Shown in pieces: positions 9,959-21,173 of a DNA stretch of 64,000 nucleotides. Made by a program: the position numbers and the translations under genes. The DNA is from Bacteroidia bacterium (GTDB lineage: Bacteria > Bacteroidota > Bacteroidia > SpSt-205), in assembly GCA_025059535.1 (NCBI GenBank), contig JANXCX010000024.1, positions 106,569-170,568 of the forward strand, given 5' to 3'. Each line of letters starts with the position of its first letter. The first letter of the stretch is position 1. The notes below the pieces were generated by a model. It had not been told where the DNA came from, made no database searches, and worked only from the letters and a program-made list of their open reading frames with translations.

Positions 9959-11314
9959 ATGCCGCGCGCTTCTGCCACCCGCTCCGCCGAGAAAGAACGC
10001 CAAGAGCGCCAGAAGCTCTATGGCTTCATGCAGGAATTTATCCAACTCCATCGGATTGATAAGGAACGCTTCACTGAGGTAATGAAAGAAGCCTTCTTAG
10101 ACGTACTCTCTCCGCGGGAAGCCGACCGAAAAGAGGCTGAGCGCCGCGGCATTTATTCGGTAATCGTCAATCCCGATACCGCCGATATCCAAATTCTACG
10201 CCGGCGGCAGGTCGTCGCCGATGATGAAGTGGAAGACGAAAGTCGCCAAATTCCCCTAAGTGAAGCCCTCACCCATGATCCGCACCTACGGGTAGGGGAA
10301 TACTTTTTAGAAAATATCCCCTTCTCGGAGCTAAACAGGCATCAGATAGAGATGCTGCGGCTTCGGCTACGGCAGCGGCTCTTGGATTTAGGCCGTCGCG
10401 CTATCTACCAGCGCTATAGCCAGATGATTGGGACTATAATTACGGGTGATGTCCTCAAGATCACGCGTGAGGAACTTATCATTAAGCATGAAGGCATAGA
10501 GCTTTCGCTTCCTAAAGAGGAGCTTATTCCGAATGAGGAGAGCCTTTATGTGCCTAAGGATAGTGCGCCGGGGCGGCGCGGCCGAAATACCCAGAGCGTT
10601 GTGAAAGCCGTAGTCAAAGAGGTACTGGATCCGCAGCGGACCTCCCCCTACCGCCCCATTGTAATTCTCTCCCGTGCCTCGCCCCTCTTCCTAGAAACCC
10701 TTCTCAAACAAGAAGTGCCCGAAATCAACGATGGGATTATTAGCATCAAGAAGGTAGTCCGTGCCCCAGGCAAGCGGGCTAAAGTGCTGGTAGAAAGCTA
10801 TGACGATCGCATAGACCCCGTAGGCGCTTGTATAGGCGTGAAAGGCACCCGCATCCGCCCAATTGTAGAAGAACTACGCGGAGAGTATGTGGATATTATT
10901 CCTCACAATCCGAACATAAAGCTTATGATTCTGCGGGCCTTGGCCCCCGCCGATGTGAAATATGTAGATGTTTATCCTAATCGCCGCTACGCTAAGGTCT
11001 TTGTGGAGCCAGACGACTATGCGCGCGCCGTGGGCGAAAAAGGTATTAATGTGCGTCTTGCCGAAGAACTTCTGGGATATAAGCTGGACATACGAGAAGT
11101 AGCCGAATACGGCGAAGAGGAGGATATTGAGCTGTCGGAATTTCGCGACGCTATAGAAGAGCCTATTCTAGCGGCGCTGCAAAAAGAGGGCTTCTACACG
11201 GCGCGCTCCGTGCTACAATACCCTATTGATGAGCTTCAAAAACGCACGCAGATAGATTTAGGAACGCTGCGGCGCGTGTACGAAATCCTACAAGCTGAGT
11301 TTGAAGATGAGTGA
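9959..11314 (+). CDS. nusA: Transcription termination/antitermination factor NusA
   Basis: EVPEINDG, RAPGKRAKV, DPVGACIGVKGTRI, AVGEKGINVRLA. Confidence 0.97.
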   Translation: MPRASATRSAEKERQERQKLYGFMQEFIQLHRIDKERFTEVMKEAFLDVLSPREADRKEAERRGIYSVIVNPDTADIQILRRRQVVADDEVEDESRQIPLSEALTHDPHLRVGEYFLENIPFSELNRHQIEMLRLRLRQRLLDLGRRAIYQRYSQMIGTIITGDVLKITREELIIKHEGIELSLPKEELIPNEESLYVPKDSAPGRRGRNTQSVVKAVVKEVLDPQRTSPYRPIVILSRASPLFLETLLKQEVPEINDGIISIKKVVRAPGKRAKVLVESYDDRIDPVGACIGVKGTRIRPIVEELRGEYVDIIPHNPNIKLMILRALAPADVKYVDVYPNRRYAKVFVEPDDYARAVGEKGINVRLAEELLGYKLDIREVAEYGEEEDIELSEFRDAIEEPILAALQKEGFYTARSVLQYPIDELQKRTQIDLGTLRRVYEILQAEFEDE

Positions 11315-13874
11315 TCGGATGTGGAAACTGGGAGAACTTGCAAATGAACTTCAGCTTTCTACGACTACTTTAGCTAAGATTTTGGATGAATTAGGTCTTA
11401 AGATAAAAGATGCGCCGATGGAGCGCATTCCAGAGGAGTATTATCAGCGCCTCATGCAGCACTTGGGACGGGGGAAAAAAGAAAGTGCAAGTGAGCGGAC
11501 TAGAGATTTGCCTGAAAGTCTGGGGGGTATGGAGGAAGGCCGTTCTTCCACAGCCCCTTTGGGTAAAATTAGGCTGGGCCCGCGCAAGCGCATAGTCCCC
11601 TCCCCTGTTTTCACCCCTCTGTCAGAGATGACGCCTTCGCCACCTCCTCCCCCTCCTGTTGAGGAGACGCCCACGACTCCCCCTTCTCCCTCTACGGAGA
11701 CGCCTTCGGTAGAGTTACCCTTCATCGTAGGTAAGATAGAGCTACCCAGTTCGCCTCCGCCACGCAAGAAGCCGATTACCCTTACGCCTTCCCCTCTTTT
11801 CCATTCGCCGCTTGCCTCTCAGCCTTCCTCTCCTTCTCCGTCAGAGGAGGCGGAGGCGCGCGCCGAAGCGCCGGTTTTAGAATCTCCTTCGGAGGGGGAG
11901 AAGTCGGCTACGGGACGCCGCCGCAAGCGCGTCCGCAAAAAGCGCAAGGAGCTAAGAGCTACCCTCCAGCCTATTGCTAAAACGAAAGCCTCGTCCCCTC
12001 ATCCGCGACGCCCGGTGAAATCCCAGCTCAAAGCTTCAGGGGATGTGGCTACCCGCCGCCGCTTCCGTCAAGAAAAATACCGCCAGCGCGAGAAAAAACG
12101 CGAGCTGGAAAGACTGGAAGCGGAAGCCGCCGCCTCTACGATTGAGATCGCTGAATATGTAACCGCCGCTGAGCTGGCTAAAGCGCTAAACGTCCCCGTG
12201 AATCAGGTTATCGCCAAATGCTTAGAGCTTGGCTACCCTACCTCCATCAACCAGCGTTTAGAGCGCGACCTCGCCGCTATAATAGCAGAGGAATTCGGCT
12301 ATAAGGTAAAATTCATCAGCCTAGACGATACCCTGGAGCAGCTTACGGCCGTACCTGAATCGCCAGCGGACCTCCAGCCACGCCCACCTATTGTTACGGT
12401 TATGGGCCATGTGGACCACGGCAAAACAACCCTTCTAGACTACATACGAAATACCAACGTAGTAGCGGGCGAAGCCGGGGGTATCACGCAGCACATTGGG
12501 GCATATGAAGTAACTCTGCCCTCAGGGCAAAAAATTACCTTTTTAGATACCCCAGGCCACGAGGCTTTCACGGCCATGCGCGCCCGCGGCGCTCAAGTTA
12601 CCGATATTGCCATCATCGTAGTAGCCGCAGACGATCAGGTGCGTCCCCAAACCCTAGAGGCCCTCAACCACGCCCAAGCCGCTGGTGTGCCTATCATCTT
12701 CGCCATAAATAAAATTGACAAGGATACAGCTAATCCTGACCGAATTCGGCAGCAGTTGGCGGAGGCTGGCTTCCTCGTGGAAGAATGGGGCGGTCCTTAT
12801 CCAGCTCAGCTTATCTCGGCTAAAAAAGGTACTGGTGTACAAGAACTTCTGGAAAAAACCCTTATTCTAGCGGAGCTTTTAGACCTTAAAGCTAATCCCC
12901 ATCGCCCCGCCAAGGGTACGGTTATTGAAGCGCAGCTGGATAAAGCGCGCGGCCCAACGGCTACTGTGCTTGTGCAAACAGGCACGCTGCGGGTAGGGGA
13001 TATTATTCTGGTAGGGCAGTTCTTTGGTCGTGTCCGAGCCCTTCTAGACGAACGCGGACGACGGCTAGAGCAAGCCGGCCCTTCCCAACCGGTTCAAGTG
13101 CTAGGGCTGAGCGGCGTGCCCGAAGTGGGTGATAAACTATATGTCTTAGAAGAAGAGAGTGTGGCGCGCGAAATGGCCCATCGGCGCGCCGAGCTGATGC
13201 GGGAAAAAGAGCGCCGCAAAGTTTCAGGCAGCCTCCTGGAAGGCGTAGCCAGCGGACAAACCAAACAGCTCAACCTGATTGTCAAGGCCGACGTAAGCGG
13301 CTCGGTAGAAGCGCTTACCGACTCCTTAGTCAAGCTCTCCACCCCCGAAGTTCAGGTAAATGTAATCCACCGCGGCGTAGGCCAAATTACCGACAGCGAT
13401 GTACTCCTCGCCAAAGCCTCCAATGCCCTAATTGTGGGCTTTCAAGTACGCCCAAGTCCTACTGCTCGCCAGCTAGCTCGCCAAAACAACGTGGAAGTTC
13501 GCCTCTACAATGTCATCTACGACATTATTGATGAAGTCAAAAGTGCGCTTTCTGGCATGCTTACCCCCATCATCCAGCAGGAAACCATAGGCAGTGCCGA
13601 AGTGCGGCAAATCTTCAAAATTCCTAAGGTCGGTACCGTAGCGGGATGCAAGGTCATAGAAGGTAAAATCGTACGCGGGGCCAAAGCGCATCTCATTCGG
13701 GAGGGCGTGGTAATTTACACTAGCAGCATCGCCAGCCTCAAGCGCTCTAAGGATGATGTCAAGGAAGTGGCCGAGGGATTAGAGTGTGGGCTTTCCATAG
13801 AAGGCTTCCAAGACATCAAGGTAGGGGATATAATTGAGTGCTTTACAGAGGTACAGGTGAAACGCACGCTCTAA
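11307..13874 (+). CDS. infB: Translation initiation factor IF-2
   Basis: [25 protein letters not shown]; Pro/Ser-rich N-terminal linker. ATG overlaps the end of nusA. Confidence 0.97.
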   Translation: MSDRMWKLGELANELQLSTTTLAKILDELGLKIKDAPMERIPEEYYQRLMQHLGRGKKESASERTRDLPESLGGMEEGRSSTAPLGKIRLGPRKRIVPSPVFTPLSEMTPSPPPPPPVEETPTTPPSPSTETPSVELPFIVGKIELPSSPPPRKKPITLTPSPLFHSPLASQPSSPSPSEEAEARAEAPVLESPSEGEKSATGRRRKRVRKKRKELRATLQPIAKTKASSPHPRRPVKSQLKASGDVATRRRFRQEKYRQREKKRELERLEAEAAASTIEIAEYVTAAELAKALNVPVNQVIAKCLELGYPTSINQRLERDLAAIIAEEFGYKVKFISLDDTLEQLTAVPESPADLQPRPPIVTVMGHVDHGKTTLLDYIRNTNVVAGEAGGITQHIGAYEVTLPSGQKITFLDTPGHEAFTAMRARGAQVTDIAIIVVAADDQVRPQTLEALNHAQAAGVPIIFAINKIDKDTANPDRIRQQLAEAGFLVEEWGGPYPAQLISAKKGTGVQELLEKTLILAELLDLKANPHRPAKGTVIEAQLDKARGPTATVLVQTGTLRVGDIILVGQFFGRVRALLDERGRRLEQAGPSQPVQVLGLSGVPEVGDKLYVLEEESVAREMAHRRAELMREKERRKVSGSLLEGVASGQTKQLNLIVKADVSGSVEALTDSLVKLSTPEVQVNVIHRGVGQITDSDVLLAKASNALIVGFQVRPSPTARQLARQNNVEVRLYNVIYDIIDEVKSALSGMLTPIIQQETIGSAEVRQIFKIPKVGTVAGCKVIEGKIVRGAKAHLIREGVVIYTSSIASLKRSKDDVKEVAEGLECGLSIEGFQDIKVGDIIECFTEVQVKRTL

Positions 13875-14146
13875 TGCCCCACTATAGGGTTCTTCTTACC
13901 GTGTTACCCCGGCCAGAGCTTTTGGATCCCGAGGGGGAGACGATTGGGCAGGCAATCCGTAAGCTAGGGGTGCCAGCGGTATATGCGGTTCGGGCGGGAC
14001 GCGCCTTTGAGCTTCGCTTAGAGGCCCCCTCCGTGGAGGTAGCCCAGCAAACCGCCAAAATGCTTGCCGAAAGGCTCCTGCATAACCCTATTGTGGAAAT
14101 CTACCAGCTCCAAGCGCTGGAGGAGATTATGCCGTCAGTACATTAA
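13874..14146 (+). CDS. purS: Phosphoribosylformylglycinamidine synthase subunit PurS
   Basis: LDPEGETI, VRAGRAFEL, LLHNPIVE; TAATG coupling to infB. Confidence 0.9.
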   Translation: MPHYRVLLTVLPRPELLDPEGETIGQAIRKLGVPAVYAVRAGRAFELRLEAPSVEVAQQTAKMLAERLLHNPIVEIYQLQALEEIMPSVH

Positions 14147-14993
14147 ACCATCCGCCTAAAGCCATTCCGATTAGCCCCACAAGACCTACACCAAAACTCA
14201 CCAGAATTAGAGGAGCCTGTAAGGCATAGGTGTGCCACCCCTTCTCCCATCGCAAAAGGGGACGCAAGGGAAGGGACTGATTATACACCTGGGGGGTGAG
14301 CACGGCTAAACCTGCAGGAAAGAATTGCGGTGGGGCTTGCCCTACTAATACCCCATACAGCTGGATACCGCGCTGGCGCAGAAGCTCTCCAAGTGCCCTA
14401 AGGGAGGGGGAATCGGGCAGGTTATTTGCCCCGTCGCTAAGAAGGATTGCCTGATGGCCCGCTTTAGCCACCCCTAAAAGCGCCTGAAGGGCTGACCCAA
14501 TGTTAGTACCTTCCCCCAAGTCCCACACGGTGGCATTCTTTAGCATAAAGCGCAAGGCAGCCCTATCGGTGGTGAGCGGAAGAACCGCATAAGCCTGAGC
14601 CGCAAATACAATAAGACCAACTTGGCCTGGTACTTGCGCCCTTTCTAAGGAGTCTATCCAACGGGCTAAAAGCGCTTCCGCCAGTCCGCGCCGATCGGGC
14701 GCCACATCGCGCGCGCGCATACTACGTGAGACATCTAGCACTACCCAGGTAGGGGGCAGGAAGTATCGCATCTGGTGCAGCTGTATCTTAGGCTTAGTTA
14801 GGGCTAAGGTGGCTAGAATTAGAGACCCAAGCAAGGTAAGCGTAGGAAAATAGGCTCGCAGAAAGAGGCCGGCTTTTTTAGGCCCGGTAGGACGATAGCC
14901 TAAATGTAGGCGCACACGTAAGGCCGCCGCTCCAAAGACCGCCCAAAGCCCTAAAAGAAATAGCCACAGGGGCTCCTCAAGCTCTATTTTCAT
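14127..14993 (-). CDS. VWA domain protein (BatA/BatB-like)
   Basis: N-terminal double TM; MIDAS DVSRSM; GLIVFA, PLTTD, GTNIG, LLSDG; C-terminal TM. Confidence 0.85.
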   Translation of the reverse strand: MKIELEEPLWLFLLGLWAVFGAAALRVRLHLGYRPTGPKKAGLFLRAYFPTLTLLGSLILATLALTKPKIQLHQMRYFLPPTWVVLDVSRSMRARDVAPDRRGLAEALLARWIDSLERAQVPGQVGLIVFAAQAYAVLPLTTDRAALRFMLKNATVWDLGEGTNIGSALQALLGVAKAGHQAILLSDGANNLPDSPSLRALGELLRQRGIQLYGVLVGQAPPQFFPAGLAVLTPQVYNQSLPLRPLLRWEKGWHTYALQAPLILVSFGVGLVGLIGMALGGWFNVLTA

Positions 14994-15765
14994 ACCGCAT
15001 AAGAATTAGCCGATGAGGCCGAAGACGCCTACCACATATCCATAAAGCCTGCCACATAGCGTGCCATAAAGCTATTTTCTCTTCCACCGTAAGGGGCTGA
15101 CCTAAGAAAATCTCGCTATACTCCCCGCTTAGGAGAAGATGGAGTCGGTCTCTGAGAAGGGGCTCTCCTTCTACCTGCTTTACCTCCATGGGAAGCAGAC
15201 TGCCTGGATGGAAAGTAGCGTGGGGCCGCAAGAGGGCCTTTACCATGCGTACGAATTCCAGAAAGCGATCGGGTAGGGGCTTGCGCCACTGCCACAGCCA
15301 GAGGTACCACCGAGCTATTAGGTAAAGTGCCCGGCCCCATCGCTCCAAAATCGGAAAAAGAAAAGGCCCCCCTAAAAGCCCTATAAGGATTAGGGCTATT
15401 GGGCCTACTACCCACATCCAAGGCAAAGAGGGTAAGGCTTCGGAGGTTTGCTCGAGGCCAGGCATGAAAACAGTGGAGTCCAGCAAAGGCATAAGGGAAT
15501 CGGGAGGTAGAGGCCCGAGGGAGGTACGTAGCCGAAAGGTGTCTCGATCCCACACCAGCGCTACCTGCCCTGGCCCCTCCCAGGCGCGCAGGCGCACATA
15601 CAGGGTTTCTCCCCTTAGCTGGAGGTCCAGCCGCTCTATACCCTGAGGTAGGCCCTTGGCCCCGACTTTCCCTATCCTGAAAGGCCGGCCTATTATGAGG
15701 CTCTCAGGCAAGCCCAATATCTGACCCAACAACCCTACAACCCCTAAGAGAGCCCTCCTACTCAC
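14977..15765 (-). CDS. Hypothetical single-pass membrane protein (Bat-cluster-associated)
   Basis: Central TM; coupled to rfbA and to the VWA gene, the position typical of the ORF preceding batA. Confidence 0.55.
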   Translation of the reverse strand: MSRRALLGVVGLLGQILGLPESLIIGRPFRIGKVGAKGLPQGIERLDLQLRGETLYVRLRAWEGPGQVALVWDRDTFRLRTSLGPLPPDSLMPLLDSTVFMPGLEQTSEALPSLPWMWVVGPIALILIGLLGGPFLFPILERWGRALYLIARWYLWLWQWRKPLPDRFLEFVRMVKALLRPHATFHPGSLLPMEVKQVEGEPLLRDRLHLLLSGEYSEIFLGQPLTVEEKIALWHAMWQALWICGRRLRPHRLILMRYENRA

Positions 15766-16630
15766 GCGCCTCGTGAACTATACGCAGAAGGTATTGGCCA
15801 TAGGGCGTTTTGGCTATGGGAGCCGCCAAGCGCTCAAGCTGCTCTAGACTGATATAGCCTTTACGGAAGGCTACCTCCTCAATACACCCAATTTTGAGTC
15901 CCTGACGCTCTTCTATCACCTGTACAAACAGGCTAGCCTCTAAAAGGCTGCGGGGGGTGCCCGTATCCAGCCAGGCAAAGCCCCGGGGCATGATACGGAC
16001 CTGAAGGGTGCCGCGCGCTAAATAAAGCCGATTGAGATCGGTAATTTCCAGTTCGCCGCGAGCCGAGGGGCGGAGCTGGGCCGCCAGCGCTGGCGCCTCG
16101 CCATCATAGAAGTATAGTCCCGGCACCGCATAGGAAGAGCGCGGCTGTGCCGGCTTTTCCTCCAAACTCACTACGCGCCCCTGTTTGTCAAATTCCACCA
16201 CGCCATACCGCTGCGGATCGTGTACGGGATAAGCAAATATGAGGGCACCCCGCTCCACTTTACAGCTTTCCAAGAAAGCCTGCATCCCACTACCATACAG
16301 GAGATTATCGCCTAAAATCAGCGCACACGAATCGCCCCGCAGGTAGGGCTCGGCTAAAATCAAGGCCTGAGCTATCCCTTCGGGACGCACTTGCACCTGA
16401 TAGCTGAGGGAAATGCCCAGCGCGGAACCATCCCCGAAAAGACGCTCAAAGTAGCCTATATCACGCGGCGTACTAATAATCAAGATATCCCGAATCCCCG
16501 CCAGCATAAGCGTACTCAAAGGATAATAGACCATCGGCTTATCGTATATGGGAAGTAGGTGCTTCGTGATAATTTCAGTCATCGGATACAGGCGCGTGCC
16601 AGCACCTCCAGCCAAGAGAATGCCTTTCAT
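15758..16630 (-). CDS. rfbA: Glucose-1-phosphate thymidylyltransferase
   Basis: GILLAGGAGTRLYP, LLPIYDKPM, SARGELEITD, WLDTGT. Confidence 0.97.
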   Translation of the reverse strand: MKGILLAGGAGTRLYPMTEIITKHLLPIYDKPMVYYPLSTLMLAGIRDILIISTPRDIGYFERLFGDGSALGISLSYQVQVRPEGIAQALILAEPYLRGDSCALILGDNLLYGSGMQAFLESCKVERGALIFAYPVHDPQRYGVVEFDKQGRVVSLEEKPAQPRSSYAVPGLYFYDGEAPALAAQLRPSARGELEITDLNRLYLARGTLQVRIMPRGFAWLDTGTPRSLLEASLFVQVIEERQGLKIGCIEEVAFRKGYISLEQLERLAAPIAKTPYGQYLLRIVHEARE

Positions 16631-17193
16631 AGGCTGCGAAAGGGATTTTCCGCTTCGCTAAAATAGGGTAAGTTCGCATCCTTAGGAGAAAGGCGCGGGG
16701 AGCCCTCCAGCTTCCAGCTAATCCCAAAGGTGGGATCATCCCAGCGATAGCCTCCATCTGCCTCTGGCACATAGTAAGCCGAGCAGCGATAAAGGACCCA
16801 TGCCGCCTCCGAAAGCACTAAAAACCCATGGGCAAAACCTATGGGCACATATAGCCAAGTGAAATACTCCCTATCACTACTCAGCTCTATGGCGTGCCAC
16901 CTTTTATAGGTAGGAGAGGAAGGACGCAGGTCCACAAGTACATCTTGAATATGGCCTTGAATTACGGAGACAAGCTTAGCCTGAGCATGGGGTGGGCGCT
17001 GGAAGTGGAGACCACGCAGCACCCCTCGGAGGGAATAGGAAAGATTGTCCTGAACGAAAGTGGGTAAGCCGAGGCGCTCGTATAAAAGAGCCCGCCCCAC
17101 CTCTACAAAATATCCTCGCTCATCCGTATAGCGCGGCAAATGCAGGAGCAGCGCATCCGCCAGGGGAAGCGCTTCCACGTGCGGCACTTTCAT
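16627..17193 (-). CDS. rfbC: dTDP-4-dehydrorhamnose 3,5-epimerase
   Basis: [28 protein letters not shown]; ATG 17193 overlaps the upstream stop. Confidence 0.95.
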   Translation of the reverse strand: MKVPHVEALPLADALLLHLPRYTDERGYFVEVGRALLYERLGLPTFVQDNLSYSLRGVLRGLHFQRPPHAQAKLVSVIQGHIQDVLVDLRPSSPTYKRWHAIELSSDREYFTWLYVPIGFAHGFLVLSEAAWVLYRCSAYYVPEADGGYRWDDPTFGISWKLEGSPRLSPKDANLPYFSEAENPFRSL

Positions 17194-18146
17194 GAAGGTA
17201 CTGAAGAGAGCTTCTCCTTGAAGTAGGCAATACTGCGTTGGAGCCCTTCGCGCCGAGACACCTGCGGATACCACCCCAGCAGCTTATGAGCCAGCCGAAT
17301 ATCTGGCCTCCGCACCTTTGGATCATCTTCTGGAAGCGGACGAAACTCTATCGTGCTGCGGGAAGTAGGAATCAGCTCAAGCACCTCTCGGGCAAATTGT
17401 AGAATAGACACCTCCTCTGGATTACCCAAATTCACGGGATAAGGGTAATCGGTATGAAGAAGGAGGCGAAAAATACCCTCTACTAAGTCGTCTACATAAC
17501 AGAAGCTGCGGGTTTGACTGCCATCGCCGTATACCGTGAGCGGTTCGTTGCGCAGGGCCTGACCAATAAAGTTAGGTAGGACACGCCCATCATCTAGGCG
17601 CATGCGAGGGCCGTAGGTATTGAAAATGCGGGCAATCCGTATGGAGACGCCATGCGTGCGGTGGTAAGCCATCGCCATAGCCTCCATGAAGCGTTTCGCC
17701 TCATCATAGACACCACGCAGGCCGATAGGATTTACATTGCCCCAGTAGGATTCAGGCTGGGGATGCACTAGCGGATCGCCGTAGACCTCTGACGTAGAGG
17801 CTAGCAGAATCGTGGCTCCCTTAGCCCGCGCTAGCCCTAAGCACTTATGGGTACCTAGAGCCCCTACCTTGAGAGTTTGAATAGGGATGCGCAGATAGTC
17901 TGCCGGACTGGCCGGCGAGGCAAAGTGTAAAATATAATCCAAAGGACCGGGCACATGGATGAAGTTTGTTACATCGTATTGTAGGAAAGTAAAGCGCGGT
18001 CTTCCAAAAAGGTGGGCTATATTATCAGGGCTTCCTGTGGAAAAGTTATCCAGCCCAATTACTTCAAAACCTTCTTCCCAGAAGCGATCGCAGAGGTGGG
18101 AGCCGAGGAAACCGGCTGCACCCGTAATAAGGATGCGTTTAGGCAT
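17190..18146 (-). CDS. UDP-glucuronic acid decarboxylase (UDP-xylose synthase) family SDR
   Basis: [46 protein letters not shown]. Confidence 0.93.
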   Translation of the reverse strand: MPKRILITGAAGFLGSHLCDRFWEEGFEVIGLDNFSTGSPDNIAHLFGRPRFTFLQYDVTNFIHVPGPLDYILHFASPASPADYLRIPIQTLKVGALGTHKCLGLARAKGATILLASTSEVYGDPLVHPQPESYWGNVNPIGLRGVYDEAKRFMEAMAMAYHRTHGVSIRIARIFNTYGPRMRLDDGRVLPNFIGQALRNEPLTVYGDGSQTRSFCYVDDLVEGIFRLLLHTDYPYPVNLGNPEEVSILQFAREVLELIPTSRSTIEFRPLPEDDPKVRRPDIRLAHKLLGWYPQVSRREGLQRSIAYFKEKLSSVPS

Positions 18147-18151
18147 TGGGA

Positions 18152-18176
18152 CAAAAGTAGTAAAGGCCTACCTTTG
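18152..18176. promoter_or_regulatory. Back-to-back -7 boxes (TACTTTTG on -, TACCTTTG on +)
   Basis: 5 nt before ATG 18146 (-) and 4 nt before ATG 18181 (+). Confidence 0.7.
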
Positions 18177-18180
18177 CAGC

Positions 18181-18345
18181 ATGCCGAAGCGTACCTACCA
18201 GCCTAGCCGCACTAAGCGCGCGCGCACCCATGGTTTTCGGGCGCGTATGCGTACGCGCTGGGGGCGGGCAGTGCTAGCCCGTCGGCGCCGAAAAGGTCGT
18301 TATCGCCTCACTGTGAGCGATACACTGGGGGGGAAGCCATATTAG
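18181..18345 (+). CDS. rpmH: 50S ribosomal protein L34
   Basis: [46 protein letters not shown]. Confidence 0.97.
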   Translation: MPKRTYQPSRTKRARTHGFRARMRTRWGRAVLARRRRKGRYRLTVSDTLGGKPY

Positions 18346-18730
18346 CCGCGCTACCCTTCAGAAGGCCGAGCGCCTGCGCGGGCGGCGCACCTTCCAGCTT
18401 TTACGCCAGCTGGGCTTCACCCACCAAGAAGGGCCACTCAGGGTACGCGCGTTATTCTTCCATGTACGCGTGGAGCCCTATCCTATTCGCGTGGCCTTCT
18501 CAGTAGCTCGGCGGGCTTACCGCAAGGCCCATGACCGAAATCGCTTGCGCCGACTCTTGCGTGAAGCCTACCGCCGCCAGAAAAATGAATTTTGGGCCGC
18601 ACTTCCTAAGGGTGAGCTCTGGTTATGGTGGCAGGGGGAAGCCAGCGCTACCCCCCCTTCCCTCCCAAGACTGCAAGAACTGATGAAACGGCTTTTCTGG
18701 CAAGTGCTACACCGATGCGCTACCTTTTGA
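18341..18730 (+). CDS. rnpA: Ribonuclease P protein component (start codon uncertain; ATT proposed)
   Basis: TLQKAERL N-terminal motif at about 18353, [16 protein letters not shown] motif, rpmH-rnpA-yidD synteny. Confidence 0.88.
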   Translation: MSRATLQKAERLRGRRTFQLLRQLGFTHQEGPLRVRALFFHVRVEPYPIRVAFSVARRAYRKAHDRNRLRRLLREAYRRQKNEFWAALPKGELWLWWQGEASATPPSLPRLQELMKRLFWQVLHRCATF

Positions 18731-18924
18731 TAGGGGCTATCTGGGCATATCAGCGTTTCTTTTCACCGCTCTTTCCCCCTTCCTGCCGCTATGTGCCCAC
18801 CTGCTCCGAGTATGCCAAGGAGGCTTTGCGCCGTTATGGATTATGGAAAGGATTGAGGCTAGCGCTGCGTCGGCTTAGCCGCTGCCACCCATGGGGCGGC
18901 AGCGGCTACGACCCCGTACCCTAA
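18715..18924 (+). CDS. yidD: Membrane protein insertion efficiency factor YidD
   Basis: [11 protein letters not shown]...[14 protein letters not shown]. Confidence 0.95.
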   Translation: MRYLLIGAIWAYQRFFSPLFPPSCRYVPTCSEYAKEALRRYGLWKGLRLALRRLSRCHPWGGSGYDPVP

Positions 18925-20141
18925 GGCTGCAGAAATACCCGACGCACTTCTACCCCCACCTGCAAGAGATATACTCCGCTCGGCACCTCGGCAGGTAGCT
19001 GGAAGAAAGGCTGCTCACCCCGCACACGGCCTTGCCATACTAAGCGCCCCATCCCCTCATACAGGCGCACCGGCAGCTCTTTCCCAGCCTCTAAGCAGGG
19101 CAACCTACCCCAGCGCCCCTCACTGGAAAACTCCAAACAACCTACTGACGCGGGCTGTATAAGCGCCGACGTTTGGCTATACACCAGTACCACCCGCACC
19201 TCCGTCGTGTCTACAGGCTCATTTCCAGGCCCTCCAATCAGCCCATTATTTCGTCTAAGCTCAATCCGCCTAATCTCCTCTAAGCGCCCATTCGCTCCAT
19301 AGAGGTAGTTCAGAACTGTGCGTGCATGAGAAACTATCTGATTGGGCTGATTTGGAGCGTAGCTATAGCTATCGGTGGAGTCCTTGAGTACTACCCGTGT
19401 CCCGCCCACGGAGCCATAGGTCATCACACGATAGCTACTTGAAGCGCCTCCGCCCATCGCTGGAGGGGAGGTATCACGCGCCTGAGTCAAGTACCCGGAG
19501 GCGTCCGTACAGAAGAGCATGCTACCTTCCCCAGAGATAATAGTATCACACCGACTAGCGCCCCCAGCACGGCGACGATATACAAATGCCTCTTGCCATG
19601 TGCCTCCATCCCGCACATACACCCGAAGGCTATCGCCTACATGCTCACGGCGATAGAGGACAGGTGTCTCTAAACCTAAGCCTTCCCCTCCAATGGCAAA
19701 AAAGGCAAGAGACGAGCGAAGAAGTTCCTCGGCCTGCTGAGCCGTAGAGAAAAATTCCGCACGCAACAGCATATCTCCTCGTTCATCCCGCCCATACGCC
19801 TCTACTCGATCCGCAAAATAGGCATAGAGAGTTTGCACACGCAGGGTCTCTAGCTGACCACCACCGGCCCTATCGATTTGCGTTCGGCCTAGCTTGGTCA
19901 GACGCCCTTGAGCACTAAGTACGAGCGTATCAACCCGCCGAAGCCGCCAGCCTCCTCCTTGCCCTTCGCGGTCGTAATTTTCCCTAATCAAGGCAGACCC
20001 CTGCCGAAGGTGACGAATTAGCTGAAAGGTATCGGACCCTTGCGGAGCGTAGCGGATATACCACACCGTATCCGCAAACCAGAGAGGCTGAGCAGTCAGC
20101 CCGCCCAGTAAAAGTAGGGCTAGGATAGGTTTGGGACGCAT
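18921..20141 (-). CDS. Secreted beta-rich protein with a degenerate T9SS CTD
   Basis: Signal peptide from ATG 20141 ([18 protein letters not shown]); C-terminal [12 protein letters not shown]...PSGVYLLQV. Confidence 0.7.
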   Translation of the reverse strand: MRPKPILALLLLGGLTAQPLWFADTVWYIRYAPQGSDTFQLIRHLRQGSALIRENYDREGQGGGWRLRRVDTLVLSAQGRLTKLGRTQIDRAGGGQLETLRVQTLYAYFADRVEAYGRDERGDMLLRAEFFSTAQQAEELLRSSLAFFAIGGEGLGLETPVLYRREHVGDSLRVYVRDGGTWQEAFVYRRRAGGASRCDTIISGEGSMLFCTDASGYLTQARDTSPPAMGGGASSSYRVMTYGSVGGTRVVLKDSTDSYSYAPNQPNQIVSHARTVLNYLYGANGRLEEIRRIELRRNNGLIGGPGNEPVDTTEVRVVLVYSQTSALIQPASVGCLEFSSEGRWGRLPCLEAGKELPVRLYEGMGRLVWQGRVRGEQPFFQLPAEVPSGVYLLQVGVEVRRVFLQP

Positions 20142-20372
20142 GAGGACTAGCGTAAGCAAAAACCGTACCACAAGCCCATCTAGTAGCCTACGCTCGTTTG
20201 CCTGCGCCGCCTGTAACTCTCTACCATCCATGCCTTCGGGCATAACCTAGAAGCTATTTTATCGGCGTGAGGTTTTTTGAACCGTTTTTTCATCCAGTAC
20301 CTTTCCTGACGCTTTCTCCATAGAGGGCTGCTTAGGTTATTAGGGGTTGAGTAGGGTGGGAGTTGGGGTCGG

Positions 20373-21173
20373 CTAGCTGGCAAGTCCTGCAGCCTGGATA
20401 AGCTCTAGAAGCTGGGCATGCGCCCACGTATTCCCTGCTAGAATGCTTCGGCTCCAGAGATAGTCGGCGCTGCCGTGAAAGTCCGTAACACAGCCACCTG
20501 CTTCCTGAACCAGCAGGCTACCCGCGGCTACGTCCCAGGGGTGCAAATCCATTTCAAAGAATACATCCAGGCGGCCTGCCGCTACGTAGGCTAAGTCCAA
20601 GGCCGCTGATCCGAGCCGACGCAGCCCGCCAAACCGCCGCAAGACCTCATTTAGTACCTGAAAATAGCGCTCAGCCCGCTCTGGCGAATTGTACATAAAG
20701 CCCGTAACGGCCAAAATCTTATCGGGATCGCCGGTATGGCTTACATGAATAGGTTCGTGATCCTTATAGGCGCCTCCGCCGGCCACCGCCCAGAAGGCCT
20801 CATCTTGTTCTACGGCATACACTACCCCCACTACTGGCCGCCGATAGTGCAGAAGCGCTACGCTGATACCAAAGAGCGGAATCCCATGCACGAAATTTTT
20901 GGTACCGTCCAGGGGGTCTATTACCCAGAGGAGTTCTTTGTCGCTAGTAATCTCGCCGCTTTCCTCTAAAATAAAGCCAGCTTCAGGGATAAGGCGGGCG
21001 CAGGCCTCTTTAAGGCGCATTTCGGCTTCTCTATCCACATACGAAACGGGGTCACGCGCGGTTTTGTACTCCGCCTGCTCGCGTGAAAACTGGCGAAACT
21101 CGGTGCGCAGGTAAGCCCCTACCGAGCGGACGATTTGGAGGAGCGCAGCCAGGGGAAAAGCGAGCGCAGCCAT
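20373..21173 (-). CDS. suhB: Inositol monophosphatase family protein
   Basis: WVIDPLDGTKNF, RRLGSAALDL, PWDVAAG; box TACTTTTG at 21184-21191 upstream. Confidence 0.9.
   Translation of the reverse strand: MAALAFPLAALLQIVRSVGAYLRTEFRQFSREQAEYKTARDPVSYVDREAEMRLKEACARLIPEAGFILEESGEITSDKELLWVIDPLDGTKNFVHGIPLFGISVALLHYRRPVVGVVYAVEQDEAFWAVAGGGAYKDHEPIHVSHTGDPDKILAVTGFMYNSPERAERYFQVLNEVLRRFGGLRRLGSAALDLAYVAAGRLDVFFEMDLHPWDVAAGSLLVQEAGGCVTDFHGSADYLWSRSILAGNTWAHAQLLELIQAAGLAS

Noticed and set aside
11600-11900. C/T-rich low-complexity DNA in infB (similar at 29270-29330)
   Set aside because: Explained by Pro/Ser/Thr-rich linkers; not a repeat element.
17959-18180. 128-aa ORF, suggesting an extended L34 or Thermus-style upstream rnpA overlap
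   Set aside because: It is antisense to the decarboxylase gene. L34 starts at 18181, and the rnpA frame has a stop at 18314, so full Thermus-type overlap is excluded.
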